A stretch of DNA of 64,000 bases from a virus. This document shows positions 1-12,000 of the stretch, one piece after another; the first letter of the stretch is position 1; the number at the start of each line of letters is the position of its first letter. The notes below the pieces were generated by a model. That model did not search any database and was not told the DNA's origin. It saw only the letters and a list, made by a program, of their open reading frames with translations. Made by a program: the position numbers and the translations under genes. The DNA is taken from positions 80,486-144,485 of IMG/VR virus record IMGVR_UViG_3300022188_000007, one strand, 5' to 3'.

Positions 1-3000
1 GTGGAACAGAGAATACCCCATTAACTGTTTTAAATAATCTATTACCAGAGCTTTTTAGAAATGAAAAACATATGGCTAAAATTGCCATGACATTGCAGGC
101 AGTAAAACCGGAAGCCGGTAAAGATACCGCATCCAGTCAAGCGCTATTAAACGCATTAGCAAAAATGAAGCCGGTAGAAGACCAACCCAGTAGTGGTAGA
201 GAAAAGGCCGTATTTGAAGAAGGTATAAAGACTAAGTTATATGATACTAAAATGACTAATGCTATTAATGCCAACTTTTTTAAACTTAATACCGGACAAG
301 ACACTGAAGCTCTGAATAGGCAGTTGAAGTTATTTGAAAGAAACTTAGGGTACGGTGGCGGAGTTATACGACAGGGTGCTCAATATGAGCCTACTGCTAA
401 TTTAGCAAGTCGTTTTCCCCTAGACCTTAAATCCATGGGCAACACAATGGGGGAAGAACTACATACCATGATGAATGAGTTTTTACGTGTAGGGGTACAG
501 AAAGGGCTGGATGTAAAACATGCTGGAGAGACCCCAATTGCTACTGAAATGGCAAATCTAATATCTAAAGGGTCCCCAGGCGTTTCAAGCTTAATAGAAA
601 AGATAAATGCCGGAGAAGGCTCATACGGCGACCTTACTGATTTTGCAGAGGCAAATAAGAAATCCTTAGGGCGTAGATTAGGTGGTATGTCTACCGAAGA
701 TTTGTATCTTGATGCAGCCAGTATTGCTGGAGGTAGAGGTGAGTCTACTACTAAACTAGATCCAGGTAATAGAGAAGAGCTTAAAGAATACATCACTAAA
801 TCTATAGGATTTGAGGGCTTTCTTCACGAGCTGAGTAATCAAGTAATTGAAGCGGCGCATGAAGGGCTTATGAAGTCAGTTAGTGCTTGGTCCGATACCA
901 AAAAACAAAAAGAATTTAAAGGTAGTTCAGCAGAAGACTATGTAAAGGCTTCTATTAGAAAACAACTTAAGGGTGACGGTATTAATATATTGGATTCAGC
1001 GGAAAGTCCTCTAATGCCTTTATATAAAATGAGGACCTCTGGCGCATCAGGCTATCAACAACGTGGTCTATATCAGGATAAATATGGTGACGTAGAGGCT
1101 CCTGAACTCGAAGGAATCTTCCAAGGCAAAGAGGCTGATGCTTATGCCGCTAAGTATAAGGAAGCTAAAGCAGTAGCTAAAAATATACAGGATGCTCTTA
1201 TAGACTTTAGTTCTAATAAAGGTGGTAATAAGAAAGGCAGTTATTCAATGCTACTTGAAAGCAGTATAGAGAATATCTACGCTGATCAGAAAGAGATTAT
1301 GAAGTTAGTACAGGAAATGACACTTGAGAAAGATAGAACTTCTTCAAGTGTAATGGATAGATTAAGTGGTGACGCACCTATGCATGGTTTTGCCAGGGAA
1401 GCTCTAGGTAAGAAGAACAGTAAAACTCAGAAAGAATTTCTAGAGAAATATAGTAGAATTGTAGGAGTTCCTAGCCTAGGTCAAGAATCCACAGCACTTC
1501 TGAAACAAGAGTATCTTCCTCAGGCAGCTTTCCTAGCTAATGCAGAGAAGGGGCCAGCACCACTTCAAGGTGAAACTACAGACGGAGCATATCAAGATAT
1601 ATTAGATGCCCATGATAAAGCTGTAGATAAGTTAAAAGAACAATATCTAGCGGATGCTATAGTAATAGCTCAAACAGATAATATATTAAAAGCAGCCAAA
1701 ACTAAAACAGGAGAAGCAACCTTTTTAACGCAACTACTCCCCACCTCTAAAGGTGATTATGCTAGTAAATCTTATGATGATCGTAGACAACGTATATCTC
1801 AAATCGCAAAGGAGAAAGTCCAAAGAGCTAATTTTGAACAACTCACTCATCCAAGAGGCTTAGAGAGAGATGCTTTTGGCAGATCAATGCCAAGTGGAGG
1901 AGGTCCAGGAGGTCCAGGAGCACTGAGCGTAGGTGGTACAGGGCCAATTGTGGACGTAAATATTGCTAGTGTTGCTGAAGGTGTAGGCGTCTTCCTAGGA
2001 AGGGCAGCCGGAATGGCCAAGACTACTGAGGATACTAGTCCTAGATTTACAATTTCTGAAGAATTAGAAAAAAAATTAGTAAGGGCTGAGGAGATAGTAG
2101 ATGAGATTACCGGTGGTTTAAATAAGGCTACAGGTGATAGTTTTGCTAATAAATATAGAGCCAGTGGGTTAAAGGGAGGTCAAGGGCTAGACCAAATAAA
2201 TGAAATTAAAAAACAGATGCAGGGCATCAAAGCGGGTAGGAAAGCCCGAGATATTCTAGATTCATCATCTTTACTAGGTACAGGCATTCATGCTAAACTA
2301 GAAGATAGTTATAAGAAGGAGTATATAACAGAGAGACCAGTCAGGTACGACTCAGTAGCTGGAGAAATCTCTGGCACAGTAGATGCAATTAAATATGATG
2401 ATAATGAGATTGCTACTCATATAGTAGATATTAAAACTACAAGTCAAAAGAACTACGACGATTTAAAACAAGCTGTAGCTAGATTCCAAGAAAAAACTGG
2501 TAAAGAAACTCCTACACTAGATGAGATAAAAGACTATGTAGGTAAGAATCTAAAAGATAGTAAATTAGGTGATGTAGCCTCTCAGCTGAATCTATATCTT
2601 GCTGCCACCAGTGAGGATGCTAAAGCATCCGCTCATTTCTATAGTAGAACTAACCCTGATCAAGAACCTATTAAGCTAGACCAGTTTTTTGATAAAGAGC
2701 GGCTAGATAATGATGTTGCTGCGGTAGGTCAAGCTAGAAGGGAGATTAAGTTGGAAGGCGGATCATTCGCTAAAACAGCTTCTTATACTGAAGCCGAAGA
2801 GATAGAAGTTTTACTGAAAAAGAAAGAAGTGGCCGAAGCAACTATAGCTGAATTAATAGCTACCAGTACAGAGTATTATACACTAGTAACAAAGCAGGGT
2901 CTCCGTGCAAGAAAGAATCTACCTTCAACAGGCGGCCTATCTGATAAAAGTTTAAATATGATAGGTACACGTGCTAGAGAATTTCAAGCACAGTCTGTTA

Positions 3001-6000
3001 AATTTGATGATATGGTTACAGCGAATCCTATAGCTGAAGGTCGAGAGACTTATAAAGTGCATCAGAACCTTAATGTGCTGCATGAGCGTGCTAAATATTT
3101 TCAACAAAAAGAGGGTTATGAAACGTCTGGTCCCCGGTTTGATAAAATGCACCCCCAGATCCAAGAAAGAGTAACGGAGCACGGCGAGAAGGGCCCAGGG
3201 GGCGCAGCCTTTAGTGCCCTAGTGACTGAGCTTAAAGATACTGGTAAAATTGAGGGCGGAGAGATTAATGCAGCATGGAAGGCATACAGATTAGCTGTGG
3301 GGGATTACTTTGTTAAAAAGATGGCTGCTGCAAGAAAGGAATTAGATAATACAGACCCAGGGGCTGATAATATAGTAAATGTTTTCGGTGCCTACCAGAA
3401 GTCTGTTCAAGCTTTTCAGGATTTTGCTAAGCATGGTCTAGGCAAACCTACAGATATTTATACTTATAATAAACAGTACTTACATGCAGAATCTGCAAGA
3501 GGGGCCGGAATTTATATGGATTCAGCTGCCCTTCAAAAAAAAGCATCTCAGCCTCTAGGAGAAGACCCCACATTACGTAATATCTTCCAAAATATGACTA
3601 ATCTAGAGGGCGACTCGGTACCAATTCCTAGAGATTCTGTTAGGGCAGCATTGGAAGATTTAATGGATATGGATAGATCATTGATTAATCTTTATACAAA
3701 TGCAGAAAAAGTAGCCCATATGGGCAAAGATATAAATCTAGGATGGAATTTTGATAAAGTAAAAGGCGGATTATCTAGATTAAGAGCAGCCCTAGACTTA
3801 CAACTGAAACAACCAGTAGGTGAGCTTTATAATGAAGATCAGATAACCTATCTTAGAACAGTTTTAAAGGAATTAAAAGGACTGGAGACTATTTATATCA
3901 GCCTAGATCTGGATACAGACTCTTTTAAGAATCCCACAGGTGAATATAAATTCCCGACTTTAGTTCCTGTACCGAAACAATTATCTAGAGACCAGCAGTC
4001 TGCCATGCATTACCAGAATATTGAAAAAATTAAAGGTCATTATAGAACACCAGAGGCAGAAGGTGGGGCCAGGGAAGGGGATTCCTTTGTTTATAATGCT
4101 AAGACTTTCGGGCCTAGCGGTAAACAGATGGATAACCAGAGATTTGTAATTTCTAAATACGGTGAAGCAATAAATAGTGCAGGGAAGTCTGTTCCAATTC
4201 TGAAAAGTAGGCTAGATAACTTAAATAAATCCTTAGTGGACGGTAACAGAACTTTCAGTGTTGCTATAGAGAGAGTAGTTAAATGGGGCGCAGCCGCCAC
4301 ACTAGTTTATGGTGGACTAAGTTATATTAAAGATGCTGTTAAACACATGTCTGATGTTGAGACTGCTATGGCTAGATTACAGATGGTGATGAATCCATTA
4401 ACTACTGATTTCGACTCTCTACAAAAAGCAGCTTTAGGTTTTGCTAAGCAGTATGGTGTGGAGACTACGGATGTTTTAGGTAGTATGAAGGTATTTGCAC
4501 AGCAAGGTTTGAGCCAAGGGGAAGTAGAAGAGAGGACCCAAACTTCTACATTAGCAGCTAATGTTACAACTTTGAGTGCTGTAGACGCTACTGAAGCCTT
4601 AACTGCAGCTATGAAGGTATTTAGAGCCGAGGGTGAGAGTTCTATGAGGTTCTTAGATTCTTGGAGTCAAGTAGAGGCAAGGGCAGCTATTACAGCCGGC
4701 GATTTAGCCGATGCCATAAAAAAATCAGCTTCTGCTGGTAGGAATGCCGGGTTCACTTTTGATGAGTTGAATGGTATGGTAGCTGCTATAGGGTCTACTA
4801 CACGTCAAACAGGTAAAGAGGTAGGTACTTCTTTAAGATTTATCTTCAGACGAATTTCAGCGGATAAAGGACCTAAAGCTCTAAAAGGTGTAGGAGTAGC
4901 AACTACTACACCGAAAGGCACACTCAGACCTGGTTATAAGGTACTTGAGGATTTGGCAGGTAAGTGGGAAGAGTTAGAACAAGCTCAAAAACTAAGTATA
5001 GCCCAGGCTATTGGTGGTACTCGTCAGTACAACCAGGTATTAGTATTGATGGATAACTGGGACCAAGTAGTGAAAAGCACAACCGATAGTATGAATGCTA
5101 AAGGTTCAGCTGAAAGAAGAAACCTTAAGTTGATGAAAACTTATTCTAAGCAATTAGAACAAACTAAAGCAGTCTTTTCTGCGTTAAAAGTAGAAGTAGG
5201 TAAAGTAGTTCTTCCTAGTTTTAAAGCAGGTCTAACCGGTATAAGAGGATTGGTAGAAGCGGTGAATAATGTCCCCGCATCTTTTAAATTAGCTGGAGCC
5301 GGGATGGTGTTATTTGTGGGATATATAACTAAAGGGGCTGAGGCCCTTAATACCATAATGAGCCTAGTAGATAGAACTAAACTTTCTTTTTCAGCCCTAA
5401 AAGATGATTTTTCTAAAGGGATAGATAAAGGGATGTTTGAGGTCTTTGGTAAAGGTACTCCAGAGCTAGATTCAGATTTATTTGGTCTTTCTAAGTTAAG
5501 TGATACTGGTACTGTAAATATTGATGATATGGAAAGCTCTTTAGGTAAGTTAGCTTTCGGGGCTTTATCAGCAGGTCAAGCCTTCAATAAATTCGCAGGC
5601 ATAGTAGGCTCTGACTCTGCGTCTGCAGTTTCTGCAGTCGGTAAATACGTGACAGCCTTTGGCGCTCTAGTAGAAAAAACAGGCACCGGTATATCTTTAA
5701 TACCAGGGATACCTGGTCCAGTAGACGAAGCTGTAGGGGTAGCAACAAGCTTTACAGGCAAAGCAATAAAAGGTACTGGCGGAGCTTTTGATTTTGTAGG
5801 TGATAAGGTGGGTAAAGGGGCCCAGTCCTGGATGGAGGGCTTTGCTTCACAGAATACATCTGCAATGAAATCAATGGCCCCACTTTTAGGTACATTAGGG
5901 GGGATAGCTTTATTAGCCCCAACAATAATAGACGCATTCAAAAACTTAACTCAATCTGCAACAGACTATAAAGATGAGCAGTTAAATAGGTTGGAGGTAG

Positions 6001-9000
6001 ATGCTAAGGAGATTGATTCTCTACAGGGATTAATTACTTCATATAAAAATTTACAAGATCAGAAAGAGAAGATAACTAGATTATCAGACCCAAAGGTTCA
6101 GGCTAAGGGTATAAAACGTGGCGAATATAAAAGCCCTATCTTGGAAAAGATTGACGCTTTAAAGGCTACTAGAACATTTGATTCTAACTTAGGCGCTATG
6201 GACCCTAGCATGATAGCAGGTTTCGATGAGTTTGGCCGTGTAATATTAAGTAATACAGCTAATCTAACAGGATATCTAGAGGAATTAAAAAGAGCCAAGA
6301 CTGTCACACTAGCCTTATCTAAACTTAAAATAGCAGCCCGTTTTACAGACGATCTTACTGAGACGGGGGGCAATCAAGAATGGAAGCAGCAGGTTAAATC
6401 ACTTGCAGCCGAATTCCCATTAATTGGTGAAATGTTGGCTAAGAATATCACTGTAGGGCCTAAGAAAGCACTAGAAGTTATAAGAGAAGAGCTAGATCAA
6501 CTTTTAGCGGCTAAAGCAGAAGCCCCTATGTCTACGGCATTTGATTCAGACATAGAGAGATCATTAACAGCACATGCTAAAGTATTAAAAACTTTCAGTG
6601 CTACATATGCAGAACTAGGTAAAACCTTAAGTAGTATAAGTACTGAAGGTGCTACTGTAACTGATATCGCGGATCTATATAAATCACCAGACGCATTGAA
6701 GACGTTTGATCTTCAGGCCGCATATGAAGATAAATACCAGATTGCTGAAGTAAGGGGAACTGTTAGTGGTAGAGACATCGCAGCATCTAAAGTATTAAGA
6801 ACTCAATCAAGTGGACTGGGTTCTTATATAGAAGCGTCTAGTGTTCTTACTGAAGCTAATTTATTTTCGGCAGGACGATTACCTAGGAAACCCAAGAAAG
6901 ATGGCACTATAGGTGCATCAGATAATGACCTTGTTACACTTAATAAAAACTTTGCAGAGAAATATGGTATTGCTACAGGCCAAGCTACTTTGAAAATAGG
7001 TAAAGACCATAAGTTATTCTTAGAATTTATAGACGCACTCACAACAACCCCGACTACTAAAGAGTTTTCACAAGCAGAAATTGAAGCAGCAGCAAGAGCT
7101 TTTTTCCCTGTTGATGAGATATTACAAAAGGCCCAAATAAGTGTAACTAAGCTTAATACTTTTGTAGCTGGAGCGTCAGCAGGTATATTAGGGGTATCTG
7201 AAAAAAAATTAAATACACGTCAGTTTGATTTAGGTGAACGCTTCTACGATCAAATTCCTACTAATGTATTATTACAGACTGAAAAAGGTTACAATACAAA
7301 AACAGGTACTTTTGGAAAACAGGACTATAAAGAAGATTATAGTTCAGACTTTATTGATAAGTATTATGATCCCCTACAAAAGTATAACACAGCCAAATCT
7401 GCCTTAGGGGGAGACAACGCCTCATTGGACGCCTCAGTATTAGGAGGTCTGGCCGAACAACTTCGAGGCCTACAAGATATTTTAAAAAACAATTCAATAG
7501 CTTTTCAATATAGAGCAGCAATAGAGGATTTAAATAAAGCACTGTATGAGGGGGCTAGAGCCACAAGGAAAAGTATACTTGTAGAACAAGAAAGGCAAAA
7601 AGTTGATAAACATACTGCTGGGTTTATGCGCGGTAAAACTAAAGGCGTGGCTTCTATTGATCAGGGGGTTACTAACTATAAAGATTTAAATGATCAGCAA
7701 AGAGCCTCGTTAATGTTTAAAGATTATGATGCCCTAGCAAAGAAAATTCTTGTACAAGAGACTAGTATTGAAGGCTTAATAGGCCAGTCTAAGTCAGTTG
7801 CAAGCACCTATGCGGATATCCAAGAGATAGGTAAAGCTCCTGAAGGTTTTGATGCAATAATGACTAGGGGCCGTAATGTTGAGTTAATGAGTATTATGGA
7901 TAAAGTAGATAACGATAAGGGGGCTGCTCAAATTTCAATGAGAGTTTCGGAACTGAAGTCTCCTTTAGAGGGTATTTTAGCGAACACCGACATAATGGCC
8001 GCCAATACCTATGGAAGACCAGGGGATATTAAAAGAGCTGCAGCTACTGCAGAAGAGAACTTAGTTATAGCCGAACAAAGGAAGCTTGCAGGTAAAGGCC
8101 CATTGGATAATACTGTTGACAATAAAACTGATCCAGTGAAAACATTCAAAAGTCTTCAGAAACTAATGACCATCAGAGACGCCGCCGCAAAGGAAGGAGA
8201 TACTGTTACTGTACGTGCACTGGACAATACACTTGCTGATTCTTATGGTAGGGCTTTGAAAGTATATGGTATGAAGGATTTTGCTAGGTTAACTAAACTA
8301 GTTGCTCCTACCAAGTTTTTTTCTTCCAATAACAAGGAATTAGTGGCATCAAGGGCATCCGCTTTAGCACAAAAAGGTATAGGTACAACTCCAGACAGAA
8401 TGATGCAATCTATAGAGTCTGCTAAGATGGCAAAAGCCGCCCTAAGGACTCAGAGCTTTATTGATAAGTTAACTGCCTTTAAAGCCCCTGAGAAAGAGAT
8501 CGAGCGTGCAAAGAATAGGCAGTGGTATGTACCTTCTAAAGAAGTAAGGGACTATGAAAAAGCCTACGCAACAGATCCCAGTAAACCACTAATAAATCCT
8601 AAAATATTTGAGAAGGCTCTAATCGCTGGAGCAATACTTCCTGCTTTTCAGGGGAAATCTTTGGGTGAGAAGAGAACTACTATAGAAGATCAAATAAACA
8701 GGTTACAGAAACAAAAAGATAATTACCCTAAGGAAGGTAAAGAGGCTGAAAAGCTAGGGATTGATAAAAAAATAGAAGGCTATCAAAAGATATTAACGGA
8801 TGATTTAGATCCTCAACAATTTGTAACTTCCACTTTACAAGGGCTATCAACAACAGCACTTGCTGCATACGAAGGGGTGGGAATATTCGGAGGCTCCCAG
8901 TCTGATAAAGAAAATATGGCTGCCGTAGGTGCAGGTCTTTTTGTTATAATGAAATCACTAGAGTCTAGAATAGGTAAAGACAATATGCCACAATATTTCA

Positions 9001-12000
9001 AGGACTTTTCTAAAGAAGCAGTGGATAAGATTAAGATCGCGGTTGAAACAGGAGATTACTCTGATATGGCCAATGATCTAGGTAAAAAAACCAAAAAGTT
9101 TTTAAAGGGTTTTAATAAGTCCATGGAAGCTCAAACCGAAAAGGCGGAAGACGCAGGCATTGACCCTGAGAAAGACATTAGAGAACGTCGTAAAAGACTA
9201 AAAAAGTTAAATGCTACCCTGGATCTGGAGAGTACTACTAAGTCTCTTAATGAGGTCACTGATGTAGGGAGCAACAATTTGTTGAGAGGGTTAGAAGCCA
9301 TAGCAGTTGTAATGACTGCGCAAGCAGTTGGGGGCTGGAAATCTAAAAAAGGGGAAACAGCAGCCAGAGTCAAGGATGGTGTAAACGTAGCTAAACAACA
9401 AGGTCTAGCTTCTTTAGCTTACTCTGAAAAGAATGCTGCAGCCGTAGATGCCTACATAGGAAAGCTTGTACTGACCCAAAAGGAGTTGGCAGAGAAGAAA
9501 GGTCCTGATGGCGGAGCAATTAATATAGTTATGGATGTTATGGAGGACTTTAAAACTAGTTTAACATTGGCTGCTGCCGAAGGTAAAACACTTGAGGAAG
9601 CAATGTCAGGGCTTCAAGATAAAATAGGTGACACTAAAGTTTTTACCGGTATTTACACAGATGTGGCTAAATTAATAGGAGCTATGGAGAACTTTAGAGC
9701 AGAACTTCAAAAATCATTTACAACTTTTGATGATAAACGTTTATTAGATCCTACACGTTCTTTAAAGGGAGAGTTATTGGGTTTTGGGGGCGAGACAACT
9801 CTTCCAATAGGTAGACGTGACATGTCGACTCAACAAAGAGCTTACGCAGGTGGGTCAGACTCCTTAAGGTCATCCTTTGCAGTAATGTCTAAAGGGATTT
9901 TGATACAAGAGGCCCAAATAAAAACTTTAGGTTTTGTTAGATCTCAGATAGCTGACACTGAACAAAATATAGATTTTGGTACCAAATATGGAACATCTGA
10001 TTCACAATTAGAAGCTTGGGAGATGCACTTAAAGGGGCTTGAAGGCACTCTGGCTAACTTACAAAACGTGACTACTTTAACTAGCCAACAGTTGCAGGCG
10101 TTGGGTACTTCTATGCGAGGGGCTATTAAGTACTCAGAGGCTATCAACAAATTAAATGATGCTTTGGCAGATGTTTCTGTGGAGCACGCTGTAACTGGTA
10201 TAACAGGATTAAAAACTTATTTTGATTCTTTTGAGGTGTTGCTAGGTGGCTCAGATCCGTTAGCCGCCCAACCTGTTTCACCAGAACAAGAAAGAATGGG
10301 AGCTAAGGTAGGAGTAAGATTAGTTTCTGGTGAATCAACCTCTATGGATATAGAACGTGCCCAGTTACTCACAGAGATAAAGAATGCCACAGACTCTAAA
10401 TCTAGAACTGCTGCTAGTATAAAACTAGGAGATCTTGATGAGAAGTATAGAAGGTTAGGTATTGATAAAGAACAACAAGTCGAGAACCAGCGGCTTGGTT
10501 CTACTATGAAGCCTTATGAGGATTTTTACCGTAATATGGAAGGGTTGTTAGGAAGTAATGAATTAAATGATAAACAATATGGAGAAATTAGTGGCGTTAA
10601 AAATGAATTTAAAGAAGCCATGAAAAGAGCTACGGAAAAAATACCTATAGATGAGGCAATAGCTCAGCTGGAAGGGCAAAAAGACAACTTAGGGGCTAAT
10701 CAATTCAAGGAAGCCATGAAAGAATTAGTGGCAATGAAAGCAACAGGGACTACACAAGTATATAGAGGTATGGATAGAACCAAAGACTGGCAAGGTATTA
10801 TGAGTAGAGTCATGGCAGGTTATGATAAAGAAATAGATGCATACAAGGCTGCAACCGGTACTACTGATTTAGATACTTCTTTAGAAAACATGGTAACTAA
10901 CCCACTAGTAAATGTTATTGGGATGTCTAATCTACTTCTAGCTGAATTAGTGACACACTTTGTAGACAAAAAAACTGCGGCAGACATACTCAATGGGCCT
11001 CAAAAAAAAGAGTTAGAACCAGATTACTTATTTTCTTCAATAGTCCCTGATAAAAAAGTTGTATTAGCAGAAGCACAAGATTTTCTGAAAGGCATTAGTA
11101 TTAATCCTGCGGACAATTTAAAAACACAGCCATATGATTTCAATAACGACAATATTGATCCAAATAGAGGCCGCCCTACATTGTTTGGTAGACCTGTAGG
11201 TCCAATAAGTAAAGATGCGCTTGGGTTGCCTCCAATACAAGATAAGGTAGTACCTCCACCTCCAACAGAGGTCGAATTAGCTGCTAAAAAGCATCCTAGG
11301 TTTAAGGAAATGGAGACTTACGTGAAAAATATAAGCCTTGATCCTATAGCTAATTTAAAAACAGAGCCATTTGGCCCTAATTCTGAGCAAGACAATTCAC
11401 AAATTGTAGCTGTAAATGAACTTCAGTTAGTAACTCTAAAAAAAATAGCTACCAGTCTTAGCAGTAATGGTTCTGGTGATTCCACTGAACCTACTACTAA
11501 AGCCGCAGGCGGAAGAATCTTTGGAGAAGGTGGTCCAAGAGAAGATAAGGTACCCGCTTATTTAAGTCCAGGAGAGTTTGTAATAAGAGCAGCTGCTGCA
11601 CAACGGCTTGGTTATGAGAATCTAGATGTAATGAATAAGAAAGGGCAGGTCCCTGTGGCTTTTGAGAGTGGGGGCTCCTTAAACCAGAGGCACATAACAC
11701 AAGCACATCAGTATTTTGTAGATCCTGATGCGGTACTGCCCCCAGAGTTTAATCCAGAGTCAGAGCTATATAATAAAGGAATAACAGGTAAATATATTGA
11801 TTTACGGAAGTCAATGCTTTCTGAAGAACAGCGGGAAGCTGTTGCAGGTATCTCCACATTAAAGGGATTATATAATACTTTTTCTGATATGGCTGGTAAT
11901 GATGAGGATAAATTAAATTCTTTATTTCCTGAAGATATAATGCCTGTAATGGAGCGTTTCGAAGAGAACAAAAAAGCCCAAGAAGAGAAAGGTATATTGG

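Noticed and set aside
72-74. ATG at 72 as the true TMP start
   Set aside because: The frame is open to the window edge and there is no SD, unlike most genes here.
1005-1055. PLYKMRTSGASG resembles the beta-prime MxxSGARG motif
   Set aside because: It lies after the putative trigger loop, whereas in beta-prime it precedes the bridge helix, so it was not counted as RNAP evidence.
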